From positions 15,438,001 to 15,502,000 of the forward strand of contig NC_134482.1 in the NCBI RefSeq assembly GCF_964194025.1: DNA of 64,000 bases. Direction: 5' to 3'. The DNA comes from Convolutriloba macropyga. Its lineage: Eukaryota. Below, piece after piece: positions 23,300 through 36,817 of this stretch. The notes beneath the pieces are model-generated. The model was not told the origin of the DNA. It did not search any database and saw only the letters and a list, made by a program, of their open reading frames with translations. Every line of letters begins with the position of its first letter. The first letter of the stretch is position 1. A program made the position numbers and the translations under genes.

Positions 23300-23743
23300 A
23301 ACATCAACAATTATGCTCCTCCTCAGTACTTATCAAGCTTCGAATGCAATGAATGGAGCTCCATAAAGAAGCAAAGCTAGTTTTTGTCAATAAATATGAC
23401 ATGGTGTCAGTATAGCTGCCCTCATTTCATACAAAGAGCTTTGATGTCAACTGTTACAGCTCGTTTGAATCTGATGGGCCAGCTTCAGCACTGCACAGAG
23501 AGACAAGAGGGCATGACGTTGGCTTCTCAACATTACTAATTTTTGTTTATTTTTTTAAAAATAGGTTCTTGTTCGATGTAGATTTCACTACTGCTTTCGG
23601 GGCAATACACTTTTTGTCGATGCAACTTACTTTTGGTACAATGAAGGGCATGTATTGCAATGAAATTTTACTGCATGTGAATAGTGATTGCATCTTTTGG
23701 TTCCAACCATTGCGAAGGCAACGTGATCACAAAACTCGCTTTT
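23300..23743 (-). mobile_element. Decayed CRE-clade retrotransposon, further copy running into a gap
   Basis: KSEFCDHVAF, HALHC-TK, TKTSFASLWSSIHCIRS (cf. CRE TKISFALLRSAILCLRG). Confidence 0.7.
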
Positions 23744-23939
23744 NNNNNNNNNNNNNNNNNNNNNNNNNNNNNNNNNNNNNNNNNNNNNNNNNNNNNNNNN
23801 NNNNNNNNNNNNNNNNNNNNNNNNNNNNNNNNNNNNNNNNNNNNNNNNNNNNNNNNNNNNNNNNNNNNNNNNNNNNTATATCAAAAAATTGTTAAAAATG
23901 TTAGATTCAAAGAAAACAATCTCGTTCATACATATGTAC

Positions 23940-23953
23940 AAACATACATACAT

Positions 23954-23991
<38 letters not shown>

Positions 23992-23995
23992 CATG
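23940..23995. repeat. (TA)n/(TACA)n microsatellite
   Basis: Read directly from the sequence. Confidence 0.9.
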
Positions 23996-24391
23996 CTTAT
24001 ATATGAAGAAATATTTTTATTACGTAATTTAAAAAACAATATTTTTATATTCCCTAATAAATAAGAGTAAGTAGATTGATAAAATAAATTATATTTGTAT
24101 GTTTTAAATATGAACTTTTTTATCAAATCATAAAAAAGCTTTTTCAATGAAAAACAATATAATGAAAATAATTGTGAATAATCGTTTGNNNNNNNNNNNN
24201 NNNNNNNNNNNNNNNNNNNNNNNNNNNNNNNNNNNNNNNNNNNNNNNNNNNNNNNNNNNNNNNNNNNNNNNNNNNNNNNNNNNNNNNNNNNNNNNNNNNN
24301 NNNNNNNNNNNNNNNNNNNNNNNNNNNNNNNNNNNNNNNNNNNNNNNNNNNNNNNNNNNNNNNNNNNNNNNNNNNNNNNNNNNNNNNNTGC

Positions 24392-25300
24392 TTTTCAGTT
24401 CTGCTACATCCAAGTGTTCTACAGGAGTGTATGATTTACCGAAAACAAGCAAGTGTTATCTTCGTACTGAGCACACCAAAAACTCTGCTATCAGACAAAA
24501 AATACGTTCTACATACACAAAATTAAACCAACAAGTTCAAGAGAGATCAGTGGACCAAGAGTTCTTTTCTCTTATTTTTGTTATTGGACAAATGGATGAT
24601 ATTGTTGAAAAATTTTCCTTGGAGAGGGAACACAAAATTTTTGGTGACATTTTGGTGACAACTATTAATGAAACGTACAATGCATTGACGTTAAAAGTAC
24701 TCGTAGCTTTCCAGTATCTCTCATGTATGTGCAGGCGTGCACAATATTTCATTAAGTCGAATGAAGACAATTTTGTAAACATTCTGGAATTTCATGACAA
24801 TGTTAGAAGACTTGCAGCTAGCCAGAATTATAACGAGCCGCAATTGGGACTATACTCTGCTACCCGCTGTGGACGATACGCAGTACCTCGTCACGGTAAG
24901 TGGGGTGTTGACGAGAGCGTTTACGCTGATCAATTCTATCCGTTTTATTGCTGTGGAAACTTTTATTTTGTCTCAAGGGATGTGTCCTCGTATATCGCTG
25001 AAAAATGTCCCTATCACTGCACGGGCACTTCATCACCGCAAAACAAAAAATCAACACATTGCCACTTTAAATACGAAGATGTTTTCATAGGTTCCTTGCC
25101 TGGCACAAAACAACAACTTTTTCAAGTTACAAATACCGCCCTCCATATCCATTCACGCCAGCTTCAATTATGTGAAAAGTCAACACTTAACAGATACTGT
25201 TCTTTCAGTACTATGTGAACATAGTCAAATAAACGAAATGTATCTTTACTTCAAACATAATTCTACCCGTTTGAAAAAACATTCGCAGTTGGCGGCTTGA
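24392..25300 (+). pseudogene. GT31 beta-1,3-galactosyltransferase (Galactosyl_T)-like sequence, intronless, two frameshifts; 5' end in a gap
   Basis: VIFVLSTPK/NSAIRQKIRSTY, FVIG, LEREHKIFGDIL, ETYNALTLKV, YFIKSNEDNFVN, KWGVDESVY..YPFYCCGNFYFVSRDV, EDVFIGS. Frameshift in the A5 run at 24478-24482; an extra T at ~25096, after which GSCLAQ... reads to TGA at 25298-25300. Confidence 0.75.
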
Positions 25301-25983
25301 TTTATGACATTCTCTTAAGTAATATAGTTATATATCCCATGTTTAAAGCCCGACTACAGAAAAAGAAAAGAGCAAAAACATTTTGGCGGGGCGGCTTTTA
25401 TGGACAAAAATTTCACAGTAGAGGTTTCTACTTGAAGTCGAGGAAGTCATCACAAGTGTGCAGCTTTGTCTTTTCATCGGCCGAAAAATGGCATATCAAT
25501 AGACCAGTTTAGGAACAGTTATCCGTACAGAATTGTCTTTTCATGAGTTGAGCAATTTTTTTTCCGAAAGTCTTGTTCTGCATTTCTGTTTTTTATTTTG
25601 TTCCTTTTACACTCACCTTTACAGCGTTGCCAGACTAAACAGGTTTGAACCAGAGAAATTCAAGAATCACGTAAATGTAAAACTGCCAAAAACCTTTGGG
25701 AAGTTTTGAATCATTAACCAGAAACAATATAAAAATGCAAAAAAAACGCTGTCTGGATATTGTTTTGTTTTTTTTGTAATGCCACGGGGCGCTGACTTGC
25801 TGTCTACGTTATCAGCATAAATAATATTAAAATATATACATGTAAAGTCTTTGCAATCAGAGATAAGAGAATTCCAACTCAGGTGTAAAAGGCCATTACT
25901 TTCAATTAGTTTTGGGCTTAATATGTGTCCCTTATTAAGGGGGATGTAGTAATGGGAACCCGTGTTTAGGAATTTGTTTTTCA

Positions 25984-26430
25984 CTTGTAAGAAATCGTCG
26001 TTTTTTGATCGTTTTCTTTAGACAAAAACGATCAAAGCCCTTACGTGGTAATCGTCGCTTTGTTCGTTATTTCGTCGTTATTTTTATGTAGGAAATGATC
26101 GTTTTTCATCGTTATTTTTATGCAAGAAATGATCGTTTTTCGTCGGTATTTTTATGTAAGAAATGATCGTTTTTTCATCGCTATTTTTTTGTAAGAAATG
26201 ATTGCCTTTTTTCGTCGTTTCTTAGATGCAGATCGGCGTTTTGTCATATTGCAGTTAAAAAAAATGACGTAAGAAACGACAAAAAAACGACGAAGAAACG
26301 ATCTTTTCTTACAAGCAAAAAAAACGACTTAAACGACTGAAACTAATGAAAACGAAGAAAACGACGACAAAACGACAAAAAGGACGAAAAGGACTGTTTC
26401 TTACAATACGATTGTCGTTTTTTCGTCGTT
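25984..26430. repeat. Foldback/MITE-like element of ~36-bp sub-repeats in inverted arms
   Basis: Left arm repeats GTAAGAAATGATCGTTTTTCATCGTTATTTTTTAT; right arm carries AAACGAC/AAACGATC..TTCTTACAAG, the reverse complement of the CTTGTAAGAAA start. Confidence 0.65.
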
Positions 26431-29400
26431 GTCTTCAACAAGGGAAGAGAACAAAGCAGCACCTGGTCAACTTCAGTTAATAGGTACGACACATATACAT
26501 ACCATTGAACTCATTGTGCGAAGAACCTTTCACCCGCTGCCTTTCAGAAAAAATTATTCTATTAAATCATTGACCAGTCACAGACGACATATTTTGTGTC
26601 CAATAATAAATTAAGGAGAAATATACAATTTGAGGCTCCAGGTACAGTAGAAGCATTCCAGTTAATTCTTTATGCTCAAAAGTTGACAAAAATTGAGGCA
26701 TTTGAATGAATTTTGGAGCGTGTTGATCAGATTAACCCGTAGCGAACTCCAAGTGTTAATCAGTACTGGGCGATTGTAAATGCAATTCTCCCATGTAATA
26801 TAATTTGATCGCTTTCTTCGCTTGAACTTTGCTTCTTTCAAGCGTATTAGAACAGCGCAAAAGACTTTCTTTCAACAGTCACGTTGATGAAGTAAGAAGG
26901 ACAAAGACCTAAGGAGATGGAGAGCGTGTGATCGATCCCCATACGGAACTTTATTTTCGCACTTGTATTTAGACTTGCCAAGTCTGACAAGTCTTAAATG
27001 TGTTATGACCGTAGCTCTGAATCAGAACTGATATCTAGACTTGAAATTAGACTTGCCCAGTACTGATATTGACTTGGCGTTAAGTACGGGAACACCGAAA
27101 TGACTCTAAAGTTATTTTAAAATATACTTGATACAACATCGCAATAATTTGTTCTATGCCACCGCTGAGATTTCGGAATCGGAGCAAGGTTTACTCCAAC
27201 GATTTAAGACTGAAGGGAAAATCTGTTTAATACAATGATTTACTGTTATTTACAAACGAAGAGCTTACAATGCCAACTCTTATAAGATAATGAGTTCTTT
27301 TTCTTACCTTTACCTCATCCAATGGTACTAATTACACACCATAAGACAGTTTGTTTTATTTTTTAGAGAAAAAATTGCAAGTCGCAGAAACCTAAAATAC
27401 TGACAGAACTGAAACAAGCTATATACTTTCACATTACCTCCTACTTTTCAATTTTTATCAATGAAAACGCCTTTCTCCTTGAAAAAAACAACTACTGCAT
27501 TTTTTTATAAACACGCAAATTAGGCACAATTGTGGCATTTTTCTCATATAGACAAAAAAGGAAATAGTGCTTTTATCTGATATATCTACAACATTTATCA
27601 AGATATCCTTTTATTGAAAATTGTGCGATGCATCTAAGGATAGACATTCTTGAGCCATATATTAAAGACTTTTAAAAATAATAGCTAATAATCAAAAAGG
27701 TCATTTTTGATATATCTTCAAACCAAGATTTATTAAGCCATATGCAAGCAATTCTTTTAAACGGACAATCTTAGATTGACATAGAAAACAAACCTGAAAA
27801 AAAAATCAGATCACAGCGGCGTCAAACTAAGCACTTCATTCAAGCTAATATACAAGCCTAATGTTAATAAATGATACGAGCAGTATTCACTGAACAGTAT
27901 CAAAAATTTGAAGTAAAACACAAAGCTCCTTCTATTTACGTTTCCATCTTTTCTCATTTTTCTAATAAAACCCGAACTCTTTTTGAATGAAATCTCAGGT
28001 TTTGATCGAAACTGTTTAGGTAGTCACTCTGGCATTTCTTAAACATCTAACGGTGGGTGTTTGCTGTCATAAGTTATTGTTTATCAAATTATGAATTATG
28101 AAAACAGTACCTTTTTAAACACATGCACGCAAACAGCACAAAAGTCAGCTATCCCCAATGTCAAGATACTTCGTCCGCGCAGACAAATCATTGACACAAA
28201 GGACTCTATTTCATCAATATCGCAGGGAAATCAGACAAGCATTTTTACAGTCGACGACTTTAGACAATAGTTGCAATAAAACCATGACAATATATTTATG
28301 ACCATTTAGTAGTTTTGTCCATTTTTCTATTAGATCCATAACCAAAAACCATTCAAATGATAAAAGAACTAAATATATAAACGCCGAATTAAAACATGAA
28401 ACTATCAAACTCTCCGAGTTTTTCCTCCAGCATTTTTTAAGAAAATAACTTAAGAAAATGGTCATAAAGAGCTGACTTCATTCAATGCATTCAGGAAGTT
28501 TCTTGCAAAGAAATGCTTTGAACATCAGACAAATTGTTACGTGCAATTGGAAACAGTTAAGTACATTTGTTTTGCTATATTAAAAACTAATGAGATTTTT
28601 CATTAATCATTAATGATACTAAACAAAACTACAACCAAAACACAAAAATACAAAAGATATGAGACACAGACTAAAAAGGTCTGAAAGTAAATTGTGTCAA
28701 GTGTTATTAAGACTATTACAATTTCTAGCACGGAAACAAAAGGATAAATAGATTCCACTCTATCTCATTAGGAAATCTGTTACCGTTGAGACTAAATAGC
28801 AGCGCAATAAGAAACAACAAAAAACAAAAAAGGAAATCACACTATTCTATAAAAAACGAAATCNNNNNNNNNNNNNNNNNNNNNNNNNNNNNNNNNNNNN
28901 NNNNNNNNNNNNNNNNNNNNNNNNNNNNNNNNNNNNNNNNNNNNNNNNNNNNNNNNNNNNNNNNNNNNNNNNNNNNNNNNNNNNNNNNNNNNNNNNNNNN
29001 NNNNNNNNNNNNNNNNNNNNNNNNNNNNNNNNNNNNNNNNNNNNNNNNNNNNNNNNNNNNNNNNNNNNNNNNNNNNNNNNNNNNNNNNNNNNNNNNNNNN
29101 NNNNNNNNNNNNNNNNNNNNNNNNNNNNNNNNNNNNNNNNNNNNNNNNNNNNNNNNNNNNNNNNNNNNNNNNNNNNNNNNNNNNNNNNNNNNNNNNNNNN
29201 NNNNNNNNNNNNNNNNNNNNNNNNNNNNNNNNNNNNNNNNNNAAAAAATTTTTGGAAGGAAATGTCACAGTCACAGAAACCTCAATTGCAAAGAAATATT
29301 GGGACACATATGAACCAGACAGAATTTTTTAAACAAAGTTTCTCTAAGATTAATTACCAAAAATCATAGACAGAAGCAAACAATGATGCAAAAGAGTTAC

Positions 29401-30899
29401 ACTCATAAAAGTTTCAAAATCCGTCAGATGGAGTAATTTTCTCGTAAAAGTTTATTCCAATATTAGAAACAATTTTTTACAAATATTAGATAGAAAAGTT
29501 ATTCATACTAAAAACAAAATTTAAGCAATTTTTTCACTAATACCCTGGGTACCTCATGAATATGACTAATTATTAATTGGCAATGAAATTACAGGTAACC
29601 CATCTCAGTCAATTCAACAATAAGAAAGCACTAGCTCACAATTTCAACCTTTTTTCCGCCATTTCCAATGCAGTACAACCAAAACTCTAGATTTTACGAT
29701 ATATTTTTTAATACACTGATTTCATAGAAAACGCTGTCATAATTTTCAAATATATTTTTCACAGTGCTCTTTCTTGTGAAGTTCATCACGAGTTTTTTTC
29801 ATAGAAAAAACACGCGCCAACATTTTTCTTCTTTAAGCAATCTAAAAATGGATAGCATTTGATTAAGCATCATACCAACTCCACAAATGCCTTTAAACTG
29901 TTCAATGCTGCCAACACAAGAGAGGACAGGACATGGATCACCTGTCCACAGTGAAAAAATCTAATCACTACATAACTTCTTCTAACGAGTTCCCTGGTCT
30001 TTTCGGTGCACGCATAAATTCAAACAGCTGATTTCGCAAACGCTGTTTTATTTATCACTACTGGTCCAGATCATCATAATGAAACAGTTACTAAACTCTG
30101 ATCTTAGACATTCAACAAAATTAAGATACCTATCTGTACTTAGCTGTCGTTTTATCTTTGCTACCTCATTAATTCTACTTCTGATACATTGCAACCTACA
30201 TATAAAAGCGCGTCAGATTAATCAAGACATACGATTTTAAAATCTAACAAAAGCACATATTCGTCCAAAAAAAGGAATCTGTAAAAGGAACCAACGAAAT
30301 TTTTACCATTCTAATTACCCGCCCATATTTTGCTCGAGCATTTAAAGACTTTTTGGCTACCAACATCATCCTCCCTCTCATCACACACGGGTTCAAATCG
30401 CCCGCGTACCTAACTCTGAGGCAAATTCAGTTCTCAGTCAGAGTCTGATTCAGGTTACGTTTTGTACTGAATTAGACTAATTCAGATGAAAAATTTTGAA
30501 TAAATTTTGATTCAGAAGAATGCTGAATTCTTTTTCTGAACTCTGCTCTGATTCAAAGTGATTCAGAAATCCCTTCACAGTTGTTGCTTATATTCTTCGG
30601 AAAAACTTAGAACTAAAACTTTAAACGTCTCTAAAATTTTTCTCAATTTTAACTAGTTTTAACATGTTATTTCCCGATGCGTTGACATATAGAAAACTAG
30701 TATGCAAACCTCTAAAAAATTATATAGACCAAAAAATAGCAAATTTCTTGCTCTTACCCTCGCATCTTCAAAAAAAAGAATATTCAAGTACTCCCTGAAC
30801 GAACCCGCCTTAATGCAAAAAAATGACTTGGCAGTTGGATTTCTATGTCTCTCAACTCTTTTATAAGTTATCGTGATGGAAAACAGATTATAACAGACC

Positions 30900-33030
30900 T
30901 TGTTTCAAATGTTTGAGGCCAGGTCACATGTCGAAAGACTGCAAAAGCAGGACATGTAGTGCACCAAGCTGTGAAAGGCGACACAACGCAATTTTTCACG
31001 GCGGCTTACCGAAGAAGGATACTGCAGATGATGTCTCAGATACTACAACGGCAGTAGCAACCAACATCATTCAAGGAGGTCTCCCATTGGTGCGAATCAA
31101 GCTGACAAACAGAGACTGAAGCCTAAATGTACTAGCAAAATGTGAATCAGGATCCTCAATTTCATTTGTGGACAAGTCGGTGGTGGCTAAACTTCAACTG
31201 CAAGGCCGAAAAGCGTTCTTATCTGTAGCAGGGACCCATGGCTCACAAGATGTCAAAACTGAAATAGTGACGACAGCTGTTTCTGCCCATGAGAAGTCTC
31301 GACCATTGACAACAGTGCAATTTTATGTTCATGTAAAATTCAGTCTGGTGAACAGTTTTGGGAGCTGTAAGATATGAGAGAACGTTACCCCCATCTGAAG
31401 AATTTGCCAAATCACAGCTATAATCTAAACGAAGTCTAAGAAATTTTTGGACAAAACTATTACGACATTCATCACCCTTTCGAAATCAAGAAATCAGAGG
31501 ACAAAGCTGCACCATGGGCAGTTAAATTAAAGATTGGCTGGGGCTTAAGTGGTCCGCTACCAGCGAAGCAGGCAGCAACCCTTGCCATAACAACAACATC
31601 AATTACAGATGATAAATTAGCAAACCAGTTAAATAATTGGAGGAATATAGAGTCCTACTCCTCAAACTGTGATGTCACTGGATAATAGAAAGAAGAACAA
31701 CGAGCGATCAAGACGTTAGAGCAAACAACGCAATTCAACGGTGAATGACACGAAGTTGGACTTCTGCGGCGATAGGACGAAGTGAAGTTGCCAAACAACA
31801 TCTACTCTGCAAAACCTGAAAAAGTCAGAAAAATATGCAACGCAGTTGCAAAGTATCAAGACGTAGCCTTTAACGAATACCTCTTACCAGACTTGGTGCA
31901 AAGTCTGATCGGAATCATTTTTTGCTTCCGAGAACACCAAATAGCTTCATCAGGCAAGATAGAAGCGATGTTTCTTCAAATCGCGGTCTCAAGCGACGAC
32001 AACCGATGTCTTCAATTTTTCTGGCGAAAAAAACCTAGAACAAACAATGGAAGTTTACGAGTACACACGACACGTTTTTAGGAACGAAAGTTGTGAAAAA
32101 CTTCGAAGCAGAACCAAAATCATCTTCAATTTTTAGACTTAACTGGAATGTCGACAGAGACAGTCTCACTGTCTGCCGTGGAACTGAGCAAGAAGTTCCA
32201 GCAAAAAAACTCAGAGATTTGTCCTATCGTTTGTCTCAGCTGTGTTCTAATCGCTTGGGATATGTTCACCTTTCACCATACAAATGCGGTATCTTCTCAA
32301 AAAATTTTTGGCAGCAATGGGGCAAACACGGGACAACGAACTGTCAGCAGATCATTCAGAACTGTTAAATGATTGGGGCTCTGATTTGAGAGAAATAAGG
32401 ACGAAGTCAACAAATCGACTATTTTTTGGAAGATGGATGTTCAAAGCTGAGACTTCACATTTCCACAGATGCATCAGAAGAGTAAAGTGCATCGCGGCAT
32501 AACTGCAAGATGAATCGACGTTAAGAGTGAACTATGTAATAGGGAAATGTCATGTGGCACCCATCGGACACATGACAATACCAAATTTAGAACTCCAGGC
32601 CGCAATTTACGGAGTTCGTCTCAGAAAGCAGATACTCAGCGAACATGATGACAAAATTGACAAAATCTATCATTGGACCAACTCTTCATCGGTACTACAG
32701 TGGCTACAAGCAGAGCACAAGAAAAAACAGATGTTAGTTGCCAACAGAGCAGCAGAAAAACTGGAAAACTCATCGATGGATCAACGGAGACACGTCAAAG
32801 GTGTCGAAAACCCTGCCAACATTGGGACCCAAGGAATGTCCATCGGAGGCCTAAGGAAATCTGTGTTGCTAAACGGGCCAGCATGGCTACAATGGTTAAC
32901 TGGACAAAACAATGGTGCCAAGAGAAAGAACTCGAACCCGAAGAAATTACCAGGACTGTAGCCACAGAAACTAAACTAGACCAACCATTGGACTGGAGAC
33001 GATACAGTAGTTTCAACCAAATTAGGTTTG
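30900..33030 (+). mobile_element. Decayed BEL/Pao LTR retrotransposon gag-pol, part 1 (zinc knuckles, protease, internally deleted RT, RNase H)
   Basis: CFKCLRPGHMSKDCKSRTCSAPSCERRHNAIFH; CESGSSISF (cf. DSGS protease); PDLVQSLIGIIFCFRE..IEAMFLQI; GKCHVAPIGHMTIPNLELQAA; HVKGVENPANIGTQG. Confidence 0.88.
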
Positions 33031-33039
33031 AGTAGGTTC

Positions 33040-33140
33040 AATCTTTTGACATCATGTTCGATGAGTATTTTTTTTTCTGAGAAGAACTCCGTAAACTGCG
33101 GCCTGGGATTCTAACTTCGGTATTGTCATGTGTCTGATGG
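33040..33140 (-). mobile_element. Inverted BEL/Pao RNase H fragment
   Basis: Minus strand IRHMTIPKLESQAAVYGVLLRK, a paralog of 32563-32660(+). Confidence 0.8.
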
Positions 33141-35064
33141 CTCTTTTTGCTGATTTGAAGCAACGCCAACATCTGCTCAGCAACATTACCTGGACAAGAG
33201 CAACAAGATACAGAGGACAACAAAAATACGACAGCAAAGAAAGTTCAGATCAAAGTTGTGGACCAACCCAAACAACAGGAGTCGAACGATAACAAAACAG
33301 CTATTATTTTGGGTAACCTTGACAAGCAGTGAATTAACTTAGTGCGGATAAGACTTGCATTCAAGCACCTTCCTTGTCACACATGGGTGATATCAACGCA
33401 ACAGAAATAATGGCTGTTAACAGTCAGATTTTGGACCTAGTAACTGCACAAATTCGTCTGGAAATAGCACTGGCAACAGTCAGTCAGAAACACGATGTGT
33501 TACGCGAACGTCAACCAAAACATTGGGACAAAAGAAAACATTTTGGCAAAAACGCTTACGATGGCATCTACCGGTATTACAGGATCTAAAAATAAATCGG
33601 CGAAAACATCCTGAGAAACAATGAAGAAAGCAAATTAGTGAGAACGACATTAGATGTGACAAACTGGCAAATATGGCAGTTGTCCGCTCAATTAGAGGAA
33701 GAGACATCGACTCTTCAAATTGAACTCTGTTGTGTAATTGAAAAAAGACAAGCATGTATCAATTATGCAGTAAAGCACATAAAAGCTTTCAAACGTTCTA
33801 AGCCAAACAGCGAATATTGTCGAAAACTGAGAAGAAAGAATGAAACATTTAAAAAATAAGAGAAATCAATTGCAGAGCTACAGAAAATCATTGATAAGAA
33901 TGTGAAGGAGTACGAGTTATTGAACTCTCCATTGTCAATTTCAGTACAGCCGCAAACAAGTAGACTAAACTGTGTTCCGAGTGGTTCAGTAGGCTACAAA
34001 CCCAAGGAACCCTTGTATTGTCAAAGGATGCAGCAACTTACCAGTGCAGATTAATGAAGAGGGAGAACTCTCTAATTCTAGTAACACCAATTGTCAGTCA
34101 TAAAGTAGTAGAAGAGCAGCGTTTTCAAATTATTTGTTTCCAGGCAAGACTTACAGATACTTGCTACCGGTTGAGGAGAAATCCTGAGAGAAGTAAAGAG
34201 CTATCGGTAGCTGAGCAAATTTCAACTTGCAAAGATCACAATCAGAGGAAATTTCAGTTCCACAAACAGAAAAATCAAGAGATTTGGAAACTGTGTGCTT
34301 AACAGAAGAGCTGCAGAAGCTACAGCAGCAATCACTTTTTTGTCAAAGAAAGACATGAGTATGAGACTCAGCTGGTACAAACCATTGTTACCAACTGGAA
34401 CAGAAAGCTGTTAAAAAGGAAACAGAGGCTTCTAGATTCTCTTAATGAAGCAATCGAGGAACTCAACGGGCAAATGAAGTGCATTAAAGAAAACTACACA
34501 AAACAAGGCTCACCCATCAGAGAACACAAGTGAGATAACCGAAGAGCAGATGTACTTTTTACTCATCTCCAAAATTGCCGAAAAAACGGATCTGGTGCAT
34601 GAGACCCATTGGGTTGACAAACCACGTCAACTTCACTATGATCATCAACAGAAGAGACTCTCAGAGTGTAACCGGTATGAAGTACGATTGTGCCAAACAG
34701 AACAGTTAAGAATATTGTGGAGGAAACTAAAACATATGGTTCAAGCAAACCTCGCATTAAGATAGATGAGAATGTCAAGGCAACAAAAAAAATCTCACCA
34801 AATATGCGGAGGAAATTGCTCAATAGTAGCAGAAGGGGGTTTCAGAGACACAGCAAAGACTCAACTTGATGAGGGTGCTGAGGAAGACATCTTCGAAAGA
34901 CATGCCTTCAATCGAAATAAAATCTTGCACTCAGTGGAAACACTGATTCTTCGCAACAAAAAACTTATCCCAGCAAATTGCAATGCGGATGGCACCTTGT
35001 CATTTGCTGGTGGTTGCCATATGATAATTCATGAAGAAGCTGGCAAAAATTGGGCCAGTCGAGT

Positions 35065-36817
35065 TATTACTCAAGAGACCACAAATGTTTGTTGCGAACA
35101 GAGCAGCAGAAATACTAGAGAACTTATCGATGGATCAATGGAGACAGGTCAAAGGTGTCGAAAACCTGCCGACACCGGAAACCAAGGAATTTCAATCGAA
35201 GGCCTAAAGGAGTCCGTGCGGCTAAACGGGCCGGCATGGCTACAACGAAGCGAAGTTAACTGGCCAAAGCCATGGAGCCAAGAGAACGAACCCGAACCCG
35301 AGCAGGTTATCAGTACTGTAGCCACAGAAACTAAACTAGACCAATTTTTTGACAGGAGACTATACAGTACCTTCAACCGAATTAAAAACTTCATTGCCTA
35401 CTGCATGAAGTTCAAGACGAAGCAGAAGAGGCCTTTTAAAGGTTAGCAAATACTGTTTCAATTTGTTTAAAACAAAAGCTTCCCGAATGTTTCAAAGTCG
35501 ATAGCAAACTGTAAAGAAATCTCAAAAACAATAAATAATGATAAAGTTTCACCTTTCATGGAAGAAAACGGAACAAGTGAAAACGGAACATAGAAGAAAA
35601 TGGAGTGAAAGTTCGACTGAAGCATTCAAACCTTGATTTCAATTCGAAACACCCAATTAACAGCGAAACATCCAGTTGTACAACTTCCTTTGGAGCAAGC
35701 ACATAGAGACAACCTACCCGAGGCCGCAGAGTGCGTGAGAAACATGCTCCAAGAACAGTACTGGATCATAGGATTAAGAAATGCGTTATCGAAAAGTGCA
35801 GATGCATCAAATGCAGAAACAGGAAGGCCAACTCAATCCACCCACCGACGGCAGACCTACCACGGGAACGACTTGATGAATATGAGTTTCTATTCACCCA
35901 TACCGGATTAGATTACTTCGGACCCTTTGAAATTAAATTAATGCGACAAAATTTGAAAAGATGGTGCTTCCTCTTCATTTATCTAACAACCAGAGCAGTG
36001 CACATCGGAGTCGTACCGTCATTGGACACCGAGTCGTGTCTAGCTGCAGTGACAAGATTCATTGCAAGACGTTGCTACCCAAGTACCATCATCAGCGACA
36101 ACAGAAAAATTGTCGTTGGAGCAGCCAACGAGCTAAAAAGCAATCATGAACGAGTGGGATAAAGCTAATATTGAGAGTGACTTAGCTCAGAAAAAGATTG
36201 TTTGTAAATTCAATCCACCTGGAGGTCCACAGTTTGGTGGAATCTTGTAAAGACTGGTTCAAAATTGCGAGAAGACTATTATTGCAATCTTGGACAATCG
36301 AAGCTTTACCAACGAGGTACTCAGCACAACAATGCGTCTTGTATAGCAAACTCTCAGCGCAAGACCCCTGACAGCAATAAGTGACGGCCCTGAAGACTTG
36401 ACGGCACTCACACCAAATCATTTATTGCTAGGACGAGAAAACGCGAGTGCACCATTCATGCATTCAGTGAACGATACCATGACTTGCGAAAGTCATTCAA
36501 AATGGCTCAAGCATATGCTGACATGATCTGGAAAAGATGGACTGGCGAATACCTTCCACAATGGAACCAGAGATTGAAGTGAACAAAAGAACATGTGAGA
36601 AACCTGATAGAAGGCGAGTACCCTTATGGCTAGTAGATGACTCTGTGAAACGCTGTGAGTACAACTTGGGACAAATCATTGAGATCTACTCTGGTAACAA
36701 CGGCGTTGTTCGATCAGCGAGAGTCAAAATGGCACATGAAGAACTGAACCGGCCAGTAGTGAAGTTAGCGCCATTATTCTACGGTGGTTTTCCCAAGATC
36801 AAAAATACGGACGGCGA
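35065..36817 (+). mobile_element. Decayed BEL/Pao pol, part 2 (RNase H end, integrase, C-terminal domain)
   Basis: VRLNGPAWL; EQYWIIGLRNAL..CRCIKCR (HHCC); TGLDYFGPF; LTTRAVHI; TIISDN; FNPPGGPQFGG; LTPNHLLLGR; GVVRSARVK..RPVVKLAPL. Region 35080-35380 duplicates 32725-33020. Confidence 0.9.

Noticed and set aside
26640-26960. Gypsy RT remnant on the minus strand
   Set aside because: Only a vague AVLIRLKEAKF resemblance; no diagnostic motif.
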